The notes beneath the pieces were generated by a model that saw nothing but the letters and a program-made list of their open reading frames with translations, made no database searches and was not told the origin of the DNA. A stretch of 48,145 nucleotides of DNA from Actinomycetales bacterium (GTDB lineage Bacteria; Actinomycetota; Actinomycetes; Actinomycetales; CAVURS01): NCBI GenBank assembly GCA_045807245.1, contig JBJMHS010000005.1, positions 1 to 48,145 on the forward strand. Direction: 5' to 3'. Positions 36,482-45,835 of this stretch are shown here, piece after piece. Every line of letters begins with the position of its first letter. Position 1 is the first letter of the stretch. Position numbers and translations under genes: made by a program.

Positions 36482-37525
36482 TCAGTGCTCGGAAGTGTTG
36501 TGCCGCAGCTGGTCCGGGACCAGCGAGGCCGGGCTAGTGAGGAAGCCGATGCCCCACGACATGTGCATCGTGGCGAGGACCAGCGGCAGGCGGACGCGCT
36601 CAGCGGCCCCGAGACCGGACCCGACAGTCGCCGACCCCGCGAACACGATGGCGACGTAGCCGGTCGGCAGCACGAGGGCCCACGGCGTCACCGCGACGCC
36701 GGCGACCGTGCCGAGGACGACACCGGCCACGGCGACAGGAGCGGCGAGGTAGCGCAGGTTGACCGTGCCACGGTGCGCGCGCGAGACGACCCGGCGCCAA
36801 CGGCCGTACTCGAAGTACTGCCGCGACAGGGCTTTGAGGGTGGCCCGGGGCCGGTACCGCACGCGCAGGTCGGGGGTGAACCAGACCAGACCTCCGGCCC
36901 GGCGGATCCGATGGTTCATCTCCCAGTCCTGCGCACGCACGAAGTGCGGGTCGTACCCGCCGACGCGGTCCAGCCAGGAGCGGCGGAACACACCCAGGTA
37001 GACCGTGTCGGCCGGACCGGCCTGCCCTCCGGTGTGGAACCGCGCCGCACCGACACCCAGCCGGCTCGTCATCGCGGCAGCGACCGCGCGCTCGAACGGC
37101 GTCGTTCCCTCGGCGTCCATGATCCCGCCGACGTTGGCGGCGCCGGTCGACTCCAACGTGTCGACCGCCGTACGAACGTAGTCCGGGTCGAGCAGCCCAT
37201 GCCCGTCGACCCGTACGACGACGTCGCCGGTGGCCGCTTTGATGGCCCGGTTCAACGCGTCGGCGGTCCGGCCTCCGGGGTTGTCGACCAGGTGCACTCG
37301 GGCGTCGCCGGCCGCAAGCTGATGCGCGATCTCGTTCGTGCCGTCGGTGCTCGGACCCAGCGCCAGGACGACCTCGAGCGGCCCGTCGTACTGCTGGTCG
37401 AACGCCGCCGCGACCGCCTCGGCCAGGTGCCGCTCCTCGTTGAGGATGGGCATCACGACGCTCACCAGGGGCGCTGTCCGGCCGGGCTGGCCGGACTGGT
37501 AGCTCGCGTCAGGCACGGGCACCAC
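36482..37525 (-). CDS. Glycosyltransferase family 2 (ExoA-like)
   Basis: VSVVMPILNEE, VRVDGH, DTVYLGVFRR, VRAQDWEMNHR, QYFEYGRWRR, MHMSWGIGF. Confidence 0.88.
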   Translation of the reverse strand: MVPVPDASYQSGQPGRTAPLVSVVMPILNEERHLAEAVAAAFDQQYDGPLEVVLALGPSTDGTNEIAHQLAAGDARVHLVDNPGGRTADALNRAIKAATGDVVVRVDGHGLLDPDYVRTAVDTLESTGAANVGGIMDAEGTTPFERAVAAAMTSRLGVGAARFHTGGQAGPADTVYLGVFRRSWLDRVGGYDPHFVRAQDWEMNHRIRRAGGLVWFTPDLRVRYRPRATLKALSRQYFEYGRWRRVVSRAHRGTVNLRYLAAPVAVAGVVLGTVAGVAVTPWALVLPTGYVAIVFAGSATVGSGLGAAERVRLPLVLATMHMSWGIGFLTSPASLVPDQLRHNTSEH

Positions 37526-37557
37526 GCTCTCACGTCGCGGGCCGTGCGCTCACAAGG

Positions 37558-39057
37558 TCAGGCGGCCGAGCAGACAGCCTTCGCGTCCACCTCGCCGGAC
37601 CCGGACGAGCGGCTGCCCGACGTCGCCCCGGAGCCGGACGAGCCGGACGACGCCGTCGCCGAGTGGGATGCCGTCGCCGACGCCGGCGGCTTCTCGGCCG
37701 CGGCGATGGCCCGGGTCACCATGCTGCGCACCTGGGTGAAGTCCGGGTGCTTGGGCACGATCAGCGGCGGCACGAACTGGATGCTCGAGACCTTCTGCGA
37801 CTTGGCCTTGAGGGCCAGGTCCACGAAGGTCCCGACCTCGCTGTCCGGGATGCTCGTGCTGACGACCTGACCTGACGCAGAGGCGATGCCCTGGAACTTC
37901 AGCAGCAGCTTCTGCGGGCTCATCTGCTGCAGCATCGCGGTCATGACGCACCGTTGGCGGGCCATCCGCTCGTAGTCGCTCGACCCCGTCCGGGAGCGGG
38001 CGTACCAGAGCGCCTGGTACCCCGAGAGGTGTCGCGTCCCCGGCCGGATGTACCCACTGATCGGCGTCGTCTCGCCGCCGATCGGGACCTTGGTCTTGAC
38101 CTTGATCGTCACGCCGCCCACCGCGTTGATGAGCCGCTGGAAGCCCTTGAGGTCGATCAGCGCGTAGTAGTTGACCTTCAGGCCCGTGATGGCGGCGACC
38201 GCGTCCATCGTGGCCTGCGCCCCCGGGTTCTTCACCGACTTCGGGTACAGACCCTTGTGCGACGACGCGTACGTGTACACGGCGTTGAGCAGGCAGCTGT
38301 CCCCGCAGTTGAAGCCGTTCGGGAAGGCGCGATGCATCGGCGAGGTGTCCGGGAAGGGCACGTTCTGCATGTTGCGGGGGAACGAGAACATCACGGTCCG
38401 GCCGCTGTCCGCGTCGATGCTGACCAGCGTCATGCTGTCCGGCCGCAGCCCCAGCCGGTCCTTGCCGGCGTCTCCGCCGAGCAGCAGCACGTTGTAGCGC
38501 CCGGCCACGACGCTCGACTTGTGGTTGCCGCCGAAGACCTTGGACACCAGCGCGCGTCCGGCCGTGGCCTGCTTGGCCGCGAACAGCATCGGGCCTGCGG
38601 TGCCGACCACGAGCAGCGCGGTCAGCACCGCGATGCCGCGCCGGGCGCCCGTGGTCTGCAGCTTGGGCGCACCGAGCCGCCAGGCGTCCACGAACAGCGC
38701 GGCCCACAGCAGCGCCAGGACGATCAGCGCGCCGATGAGCACCAGGAGGAACGTGGGCCGCGCGAACAGGCCGATGACGAACGCACGGTCGAAGAAGTAG
38801 GTCACCAGCAGGGCCGCACCGAGGATCAGCACCCCGAACCAGATGCGCAGTCCGACCCGGCCCCATCGCCGGTTGCCCGCGGTGACCTGCGCGCTGCCCG
38901 GGACGAACAGGGTCATCAGCAGGAGGGTGACGCCGCGCCGGGTGCGCATCGCCGGGCTCAGCGCACCCGCGTTGCGCAGCGGATGCGTGGTCGGCCGCAC
39001 GCCCTCGGGGCGCGGGCTGTTGCCGGCCGGTCTCGGCCGTGTGCCGGTCGTACTCAT
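37558..39057 (-). CDS. LCP (LytR-CpsA-Psr) family glycopolymer-peptidoglycan ligase
   Basis: NVLLLGGD, LRPDSM, SFPRN, ALWYARSR, SDYERMARQR and N-terminal TMs. Probable start ATG 39057; ORF track start is 39135. Confidence 0.92.
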   Translation of the reverse strand: MSTTGTRPRPAGNSPRPEGVRPTTHPLRNAGALSPAMRTRRGVTLLLMTLFVPGSAQVTAGNRRWGRVGLRIWFGVLILGAALLVTYFFDRAFVIGLFARPTFLLVLIGALIVLALLWAALFVDAWRLGAPKLQTTGARRGIAVLTALLVVGTAGPMLFAAKQATAGRALVSKVFGGNHKSSVVAGRYNVLLLGGDAGKDRLGLRPDSMTLVSIDADSGRTVMFSFPRNMQNVPFPDTSPMHRAFPNGFNCGDSCLLNAVYTYASSHKGLYPKSVKNPGAQATMDAVAAITGLKVNYYALIDLKGFQRLINAVGGVTIKVKTKVPIGGETTPISGYIRPGTRHLSGYQALWYARSRTGSSDYERMARQRCVMTAMLQQMSPQKLLLKFQGIASASGQVVSTSIPDSEVGTFVDLALKAKSQKVSSIQFVPPLIVPKHPDFTQVRSMVTRAIAAAEKPPASATASHSATASSGSSGSGATSGSRSSGSGEVDAKAVCSAA

Positions 39058-39170
39058 GAAGTAGCCAGTATCCGGTACGAACCTGGTCACGCCCGCCAAG
39101 CGCGCTACCGCGTGTCCACGATCTGCGGAACTCACACAAGGCCTTCACACGGCCCAGCGCTCAGCAGCGG

Positions 39171-41105
39171 TCAGTTACAGGCCGTGACCCGCCAGAGCGT
39201 GTACGGCGCCTGCACGGCAACCTGCGCGAAACCGGGACTTCCGGCGACCCGGTCCACGCCGGCGAACATGTTGCGGCCGCCGAGGTTCGGCAGCTCGTTG
39301 CTGCCACCCGTCACGACGTACGTGACCGCCGCGCGGCGTACGGCGTCGCACACATCGGGGCGGGACGGCGCCAGGTAGAGGCCGTCGGCCAGCAGCTCAC
39401 GGTCGGGCGTCGTCACGGCCTTCTCGCTGTAGAAGAGAACCCGCCGAGAAGTGAATGCGTAGAGCAGTGCGTGTCCTCGCCAGGGGTTGTCCGCGACCAC
39501 CGCGTCGACGGGCAGCAGCCGGCCGAGACGCTGCAACGCCGACGCGTCCGCAGTGGTCAGCAACGCGCGCGCCGGGTCCTTGGGTTGGTAGAACGGCTTG
39601 AGCCGGCCGACGTGCGCGCCCTGGTTGTTGCCCAGCGTCGCCACGAGGTAAGCGACCACCACTGCCGCGGTCAGCACCGGGGTGGCCAGGGGCTGCCCGT
39701 CCCGGGGTCGCGAGCGAAAAACCAAGTGCCCCAAGGCTTTCCCGCCCGCGTCCAGTCCGGCGACGAGCGCCGGCACACCGGCCAGCGGGACCAACGCACC
39801 CAGTCTGGGGGGATCGTTGTACCAGAAGACCGTCAGCGCCCGGGTGAAGCCGGACTGCACGCCAGCGACGCCGACGAGGACGAGCACCAGGACGACATAC
39901 GCGGCGGGGACCCACCGCGTCGAAGCGCGGCGAGCGCAGACCACGAGGCCGACGACCACGACGGCTGACGTGACCCAGAGCAGCGCGCCGTACCGCGGTC
40001 CGTTGAGCAACGCCTCGGTCACCGCCCGGCTCACCGACTGCTCCGGTCCGCGCGCGTAGGCGCGCGTCATGCCGTGCATCTTGGGGGTGCGGAGGGCGAC
40101 CCACCAGGCGGCCACCGGGAGCAGCACACCCACGGCCGCGAACAGGGCCGCTCGGCCCGTACGCCGGGTGGCGAGCCGGCCGAGCAAGGCCGCCACCAGC
40201 GCGACGTACGACACCAGCACCAGCGCGGACACGGCATGCGGATGGACCAGCCCGAGACCCGCGGCGCCGACCACCAGCGCCATTGCAGCGCGCGGCCGGC
40301 CGATGGCGTCGTCGGTCGCCAGCCCGAGCAGGCTGAGCACGCAGGCCAGCAAGGCAGGCACCAGGGAAAGACCGAGGAGGTAGGGCCACAGCGGGCCGTA
40401 GCCCGCCATCCAGTACGGCATGGTCGTGAACGAGGCCGCCGCGACTCCGGTGAGGACGTGGATGCGCCCGTGACAGCCGAACGCCTGCCGGCTCAGCGCG
40501 ATGCAGCTCACGACCCAGACGACGGATCCGGCCACGACCGACAGCAGGTTGGCGACCACGACGGGCTGTTGGTGCAGCACGTTCACGGCGGTAGCAGCGA
40601 TGCCGTGGAAGGTCGAGGGGTAGAAGCTGTGCACGCGCCCGTACAGGAACGCCCCGCCGTCCCGGCTCGAGATGTCGCCGGTGCTGGCCATCCATCGGAT
40701 CGCGTTGAGGTGGTACGTCGCGTCGGGCTGAGCGGGCACGGCCCGCACCGACCCGATCGACGCGGCGAAGCCCGCCACCACGGACCCGGCGCCGACCAGC
40801 CAGCCGACCACGGCCCAGCGCAGCGCCGGTCCCGGGTCACGGCGCGCCGGAGCGAGGATGCGGCTCAACAGGTGAGCGAGCACCGCGGTGACGACGGTGA
40901 GAGCGGCGAGGACTCCGAGGCTCCAGCGCACGCCGGCCAGCTCGACCGCCAAACCACCCAGACCGAACAGTGCACAGCTCACCGGTGCGGCCAGGGCCCA
41001 CGCCGGTACGCCGCGCAGCCCGAGCAGGTACGTCGCGAGCAGTCCGGGGCCGAACACGAGGACGATGAGCACCGCGGTGGCGGCCACGACCTCGAGCGCG
41101 AACAT
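39171..41105 (-). CDS. DUF6541-like polytopic membrane protein (putative GT-C glycosyltransferase)
   Basis: PDATYHLNAIRW, FYPSTFHG, YGPLWP, HPHA, FWYNDPPRL, DNPWRG. Confidence 0.7.
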   Translation of the reverse strand: MFALEVVAATAVLIVLVFGPGLLATYLLGLRGVPAWALAAPVSCALFGLGGLAVELAGVRWSLGVLAALTVVTAVLAHLLSRILAPARRDPGPALRWAVVGWLVGAGSVVAGFAASIGSVRAVPAQPDATYHLNAIRWMASTGDISSRDGGAFLYGRVHSFYPSTFHGIAATAVNVLHQQPVVVANLLSVVAGSVVWVVSCIALSRQAFGCHGRIHVLTGVAAASFTTMPYWMAGYGPLWPYLLGLSLVPALLACVLSLLGLATDDAIGRPRAAMALVVGAAGLGLVHPHAVSALVLVSYVALVAALLGRLATRRTGRAALFAAVGVLLPVAAWWVALRTPKMHGMTRAYARGPEQSVSRAVTEALLNGPRYGALLWVTSAVVVVGLVVCARRASTRWVPAAYVVLVLVLVGVAGVQSGFTRALTVFWYNDPPRLGALVPLAGVPALVAGLDAGGKALGHLVFRSRPRDGQPLATPVLTAAVVVAYLVATLGNNQGAHVGRLKPFYQPKDPARALLTTADASALQRLGRLLPVDAVVADNPWRGHALLYAFTSRRVLFYSEKAVTTPDRELLADGLYLAPSRPDVCDAVRRAAVTYVVTGGSNELPNLGGRNMFAGVDRVAGSPGFAQVAVQAPYTLWRVTACN

Positions 41106-41141
41106 CGCCGCGATGCTCCCACGTCCGGCTCGGGTCGGACG

Positions 41142-42170
41142 TCAGCGGCTTCGGGCCGCGACCATCTCCAACAGCCCGACCACACGGCCGGCGCCACCGC
41201 CGTCCACCAGGCGCGGGCCGGCGGTGCCCATCTCGGCGCGACGCAACCCGTCCCGCAACAGAGCCCGGAGCTGCCCGGCCAGCCGGGAGGCCGCTCCCGG
41301 CGGGTCCAGCGCCACCGCGCAGCCGGCGGCGACCCACGCGCCGGCGGCTACGCTCTCGTCAGCCGACAGCGAGACCAGGCCGGCCGGCGTACCGATGCAG
41401 GAGAGCTCCCACAGCACCGGTCCGGGCTGGGTGAGCACGAGGTCGTGATCCGCGACCAGTCGCGGCAGGTCGCCGCGCCGACCCGTCGCCAGGACGCGGA
41501 CGACCCGCGTCGACAAGCCCTCGGCGAGCATCCCGGTCGTGTGCGAGGGCGACACCACGAGGACGTCGGTGGTGAGGTCGGACGCCGCGAGTGCCTGCAC
41601 GACCTGGAGCATCGTCCTGGCGTCGTCCTCGGTGCCGAGCCGCACCAGCACCCGCAGCCGGTCGCCCATGCCACCCGCGCGCCACTGCCGGCGCTCCCTG
41701 GCCTCGACGACGGCAGCTCGGACCGGTGCGTAGTGCGGACCGGCGGCCAGGATCGGGACAGCGGGGTCGACGTCGAGCGGCGCCGCCGTCCCGTCGGTGG
41801 TCAGCGCCACCAGGAGGTCAGGTGGCGGACCCCCGGCTGTGGGCGTGCCCTCCTCGACGCGGGACACCCGGACCGGGCCATCCAGGCCCTGGAGCGCCGC
41901 CACGGCGGCCGGGCCGTCAGCGGTGTCGAGGTGCACGACGTCGGCCTGATGCGTCGTCACGAGATCACGCAGCTCGGCGGCGGTCGTGGCCGGCGGCACC
42001 AGGTTCACCCCGGCCTCAGTGACCAGCTCGCGCGTCCAGGCCTCGTCGATCGCGGCGCTGAGGACCGCCTCGTGCCCGCGAGCGACGAGCGCCTCGGCCA
42101 CCGCGACGCCGCGCACCAGCCGACCGGCCCCCGTGGCGGGAGTCGCGTCGCACCGCAGCAGGACGCGCAT
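41142..42170 (-). CDS. PseG/SpsG family GT-B fold protein (catalytic His apparently replaced)
   Basis: MRVLLRCDATPATGAGRLVRG, LAAGPHYAPVR, DLVL...LWELSCIGTP, LVDGGGAGRV. Confidence 0.7.
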   Translation of the reverse strand: MRVLLRCDATPATGAGRLVRGVAVAEALVARGHEAVLSAAIDEAWTRELVTEAGVNLVPPATTAAELRDLVTTHQADVVHLDTADGPAAVAALQGLDGPVRVSRVEEGTPTAGGPPPDLLVALTTDGTAAPLDVDPAVPILAAGPHYAPVRAAVVEARERRQWRAGGMGDRLRVLVRLGTEDDARTMLQVVQALAASDLTTDVLVVSPSHTTGMLAEGLSTRVVRVLATGRRGDLPRLVADHDLVLTQPGPVLWELSCIGTPAGLVSLSADESVAAGAWVAAGCAVALDPPGAASRLAGQLRALLRDGLRRAEMGTAGPRLVDGGGAGRVVGLLEMVAARSR

Positions 42171-42182
42171 CGGCCCTTCCGC

Positions 42183-43346
42183 TCAGCGCAGCAGCTGGCG
42201 GGCCATGACGAGGCGCTGGATCTGGTTCGTCCCCTCGTAGATCTGGGTGATCTTGGCGTCGCGCATCATGCGCTCGACCGGGTAGTCCTTGACGTAGCCG
42301 TAGCCGCCGAGCAGCTGCACCGCGTCCTTGGTGATCTCCATCGCGACGTCGGAGGCGTAGCACTTCGCGGCAGCACCGAAGAACGGCAGATCCGGGTCGT
42401 CGCGCTCGCTCTTCGCCGCCGCGGCGTAGACCAAACCGCGAGCGGCCTCGAGCTTCATCGCCATGTCAGCGAGCATGAACTGCACGCCCTGGAACTCAGA
42501 CACGGCCTGGCCGAACTGCTTACGCTCCTTGACGTAGCCGACGGCGAAATCCAGCGCCCCCTGGGCGATCCCGACCGCCTGGGCCCCGATCGTGACCCGA
42601 GTGTGGTCGAGTGTGCGCAGCGCCAGCTTGAGACCCTGACCGACCTGGCCGACGACGCGGTCACCGGTGATGCGGCAGCCTTCGAACAGCAGCTCGCGCG
42701 TCGGACTGCCCTTGATGCCCATCTTGCGTTCCAGCGCGCCGAAACCGAACCCCTCGTCGTCCTTGTCGACGACGAACGCGGTGACGTTGCCGCCGCGTGG
42801 GCCGTCGGGGTCGGTGACGGCGAGAACCGTGTAGTACTGCGAGACACCGGCGTTCGTGATCCAGGACTTCTGCCCGTCGAGCACCCAGTCGTCACCGTCG
42901 GCCCTGGCCCGGCAGCGCATGGACGCGGTGTCGCTGCCGGCCTCCCGCTCCGACAGGCCGTAGGAGAACATCGCCTCGCCCGAGGCGACCGGAGGCAGGT
43001 AGCGCGACTTGAGCTCCTCCGAGGCCGCAAGCAGCAGCGGGACGGTGCCGAGCTTGTTCACGGCCGGGATCAGGGACGACGACGCACAGACCCGGGCGAC
43101 CTCCTCGATCACGATGCAGGTGGCCAGCGCGTCCGCTCCCACCCCGCCGTACGCCTCGGGGATATGCGGAGCGTGGAAGTCGCCGGCGCGCAGGGCGTCG
43201 TACGCGGCTTGCGGGAACTCGCCCTTCTCGTCCACCTCGGCGGCGTGGGGTGCGATCTTGTCCTCGCACACGGCCCGTACGGCGTGGCGCAGGGACTCGT
43301 GGTCCGCCGAGATCCGGTACAGGTCGAAGTCGCTGTGGCCGCTCAC
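42183..43346 (-). CDS. Acyl-CoA dehydrogenase
   Basis: YGLSEREAGSD, GQKSWITN, KMGIKGSPT, QLLGGYGY, RDAKITQIYEGTNQIQR. TAACCT + 6 nt leaderless start. Confidence 0.95.
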   Translation of the reverse strand: MSGHSDFDLYRISADHESLRHAVRAVCEDKIAPHAAEVDEKGEFPQAAYDALRAGDFHAPHIPEAYGGVGADALATCIVIEEVARVCASSSLIPAVNKLGTVPLLLAASEELKSRYLPPVASGEAMFSYGLSEREAGSDTASMRCRARADGDDWVLDGQKSWITNAGVSQYYTVLAVTDPDGPRGGNVTAFVVDKDDEGFGFGALERKMGIKGSPTRELLFEGCRITGDRVVGQVGQGLKLALRTLDHTRVTIGAQAVGIAQGALDFAVGYVKERKQFGQAVSEFQGVQFMLADMAMKLEAARGLVYAAAAKSERDDPDLPFFGAAAKCYASDVAMEITKDAVQLLGGYGYVKDYPVERMMRDAKITQIYEGTNQIQRLVMARQLLR

Positions 43347-43380
43347 GCAGCCAGGTTAAGGCTCGGGGCAGCTCGAAGGC

Positions 43381-44673
43381 TCAGGGCAGCGGCTCGCCGA
43401 GCACGACCCGGGTAGCCGTGCCCCAACCCGTCGGCGAGGTCACACGGCGCCCGTCGACGACGACCAGCAGGCCGGGCAGGTCGTCCGCACCGATCTGGCC
43501 GTACGCCGCGTGGTCGGTCTGCACGACGGCCGCGTCCACCGGCTCACCGAGGTGGTACGGCGTGAAGCCGAGCGCGATGAGCTCCTCGTCGTCGTAGAGC
43601 GGGTCATGCACGACCACGTCCGCTCCCCTCGCCTCCAGCGCCGCGACTGCACCGAAGACGCCCGAGAACGCCGTCTCCTTCACCCCGGCGCGATAGGCCG
43701 CGCCGAGGACGGCCACCCGCCGCCCCTCGATGGAACCGAGCACGGTGTCCAGCAACGCGACCGTGCGTTCCGGCATCCCGGCGTTGGTCTCGCGAGCGGC
43801 GCGCACGAGTGTCGCCTCCGGGTCTCGCCACAGGTACAGCTGCGGGTAGACCGGGATGCAGTGACCGCCGACGGCGATGCCGGGCCGGTGGATGTGGCTG
43901 TACGGCTGGGAGTTCGACGCCTCGATCACCCGATGGACGTCGATGCCGGCGCGCGACGCGAACAGCGCGAACTGGTTGGCCAGGCCGATGTTGACGTCCC
44001 GGTACGTCGTCTCGGCCAGCTTGGCCAGCTCGGCCGCCTCGGCCCCGCCCATGTCCCACACACCGTTGGGGCGGTCCAGGTCCGGCCGCTCGTCGAACTC
44101 CAGTACGGCGCGGTAGAACTCGGACCCGCGGTCGGCACTGGCCTGGTCGATGCCGCCCACCAGCTTGGGGTACTTGCGCAGGTCGGCGAACACCCGTCCG
44201 CTGAGCACCCGCTCCGGCGAGAACACCAGCCAGAAGTCCGTGCCACACCTCGGCCCCCCGCGCTCGAGGACGGGCAGGAAGCGCTCCCGCGTCGTACCCA
44301 CGGGCAGGGTTGTCTCGTAGGAGACGAGCAGGCCGGGATGCAGCCCCTCGGCGATGGCCGCTGTTGCGGCGTCGAGGGCCCGGAAGTCGGGCTGCCCGTG
44401 GCCGTCCACGAACAAGGGCACGACCACGACGACGGCGTCGGACTCACGCACCGCAGCGACGGTGTCGGTCGTCGCCGTCAGCCGACCGGCGTCAACGACG
44501 TCACGCAGGCGCTCGGCCAGGTCCTGCTCGCCCGGGAACGGGGCGACACCCTTGCCGACCAGGGCGACGACGTCGGGGTCCGTGTCCACGCCGACGGTCG
44601 GATGGTCCGCCCCTGCGAACTGCACCGCAAGAGGCAGCCCGATCTTCCCGAGCCCGATAACCGCGATCTGCAC
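43381..44673 (-). CDS. Nucleotide-sugar 6-dehydrogenase (WbpA/WecC-like, UDP-HexNAc dehydrogenase family)
   Basis: Start re-called at GTG 44673. IAVIGLGKIGLPLA, FSPERV, AELAKLAETTYRDVNI, AVGGHCIPVYP. Confidence 0.9.
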   Translation of the reverse strand: MQIAVIGLGKIGLPLAVQFAGADHPTVGVDTDPDVVALVGKGVAPFPGEQDLAERLRDVVDAGRLTATTDTVAAVRESDAVVVVVPLFVDGHGQPDFRALDAATAAIAEGLHPGLLVSYETTLPVGTTRERFLPVLERGGPRCGTDFWLVFSPERVLSGRVFADLRKYPKLVGGIDQASADRGSEFYRAVLEFDERPDLDRPNGVWDMGGAEAAELAKLAETTYRDVNIGLANQFALFASRAGIDVHRVIEASNSQPYSHIHRPGIAVGGHCIPVYPQLYLWRDPEATLVRAARETNAGMPERTVALLDTVLGSIEGRRVAVLGAAYRAGVKETAFSGVFGAVAALEARGADVVVHDPLYDDEELIALGFTPYHLGEPVDAAVVQTDHAAYGQIGADDLPGLLVVVDGRRVTSPTGWGTATRVVLGEPLP

Positions 44674-44690
44674 GCCGTTACGATGCCACG
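44674..44690. promoter_or_regulatory. Bidirectional promoter with overlapping -10 elements
   Basis: TACGAT (plus, 44679-44684) and CATCGT (minus, 44680-44685), each 6 nt from a GTG start. The starts are 18 bp apart. Confidence 0.65.
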
Positions 44691-45830
44691 GTGGGACGGA
44701 CGAGCATCGTGTGCGTCTCGTTCTCACCGCTGATCCGCGACGCTCGTGTGCTGCGCCAGATCGGCGTCCTGGCCGAGTTCGGCGACGTCACGACGATCGG
44801 CTACGGGCCGCCACCGCCCGGATCCAGCCGCCACCTGGAGATCGCGGCCGAACGGAACTCGTTGCCGCGCCACGTTTCCGGCGTGCTCCAGCTGGCGGCC
44901 CGGCGGCTCCGCGCAGCGGAGCTGGCGGCGCCGGCCGCGCAACAGGCCCTCGAGCTCGCGGCCGACGTCTCGCCCGACCTCGTGGTCGCGAACGACGCCC
45001 GGGCCTTGCCCGTGGCCCATCGGCTCGCGCACGGTGCACCCGTCTGGGCGGATATGCACGAGTGGGCGGCGGAGGAGTTCTCCCACGACCGGGTCTGGCG
45101 CACGTTCGTCGCGCCGCTGATGGCGCACAACTGCGCGACGTACCTGCCACGCAGCGCCGCCGTGACCACGGTGTGCGACGCGCTCGCCGACCGGTACGAC
45201 GCGACTTACGGCGTGCGCACCTCCGTCGTCCGCAACGCCGGACCGTGGGTCGACCTCGAACCGTCCCCGGTCGAGGACGTGATCCGGCTCGTACACAGCG
45301 GGGGCGCCCAGGCCGGCCGCTACATCGACCTGCTCATCCGGGCCACGCTGGCGCTCGGCCCCCGGTTCACGCTCGACCTGTTGCTCGTGCCCGGCGGCGA
45401 CGGCGGCCGGCATCTGGCCTACCTGCGCGAGCTGGCCGGCGGCAGCGCCCAGGTGCGGTTCCGCGAGCCCGTGCCGCCGGCCGAGCTGCCGTTCGCGATG
45501 AACGCGTGCGACGTCGGCGTCTTCTGCATGCCGCCGATAAACATCAACGCGCGGTATGCCTTGCCCAACAAGTTCTTCGACTTCGTGCAGGCGCGGCTGG
45601 CCGTCGCCGTCGGGCCGGCCGAGGAGATGGCTCGGCTCACCACCGAGCTCGGGCTCGGGCCGGTCTCGGTCGACTTCAGCGAAGGGGCGTTCACCGATGC
45701 GCTGGCTGGACTGGACCCGGCGGCCGTCAGCCGGTACAAGTCCGCGGCGCACGCAAGCGCCAAGGAGCTCAGCTCCGAACGTGACGAACAGGTCGAGCGG
45801 GACCTCCTGGCCCGGCTGTTGGCGGCCTGA
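44691..45830 (+). CDS. Glycosyltransferase family 4-like
   Basis: DARVLRQ, WADMHEW, RLVHSG, CDVGVF, ALPNKFFDFVQARL. Confidence 0.85.
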   Translation: MGRTSIVCVSFSPLIRDARVLRQIGVLAEFGDVTTIGYGPPPPGSSRHLEIAAERNSLPRHVSGVLQLAARRLRAAELAAPAAQQALELAADVSPDLVVANDARALPVAHRLAHGAPVWADMHEWAAEEFSHDRVWRTFVAPLMAHNCATYLPRSAAVTTVCDALADRYDATYGVRTSVVRNAGPWVDLEPSPVEDVIRLVHSGGAQAGRYIDLLIRATLALGPRFTLDLLLVPGGDGGRHLAYLRELAGGSAQVRFREPVPPAELPFAMNACDVGVFCMPPININARYALPNKFFDFVQARLAVAVGPAEEMARLTTELGLGPVSVDFSEGAFTDALAGLDPAAVSRYKSAAHASAKELSSERDEQVERDLLARLLAA

Positions 45831-45835
45831 CCGAG

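Noticed and set aside
40074..43415. 1113-aa plus-strand ORF and other long antisense ORFs (1404-3395, 4312-6243, 18058-19824, 27885-29942)
   Set aside because: They are shadows of well-supported opposite-strand genes. Stop codons are rare in high-GC DNA, and these ORFs have Arg/Gly/Pro/His-rich composition with no family motifs.
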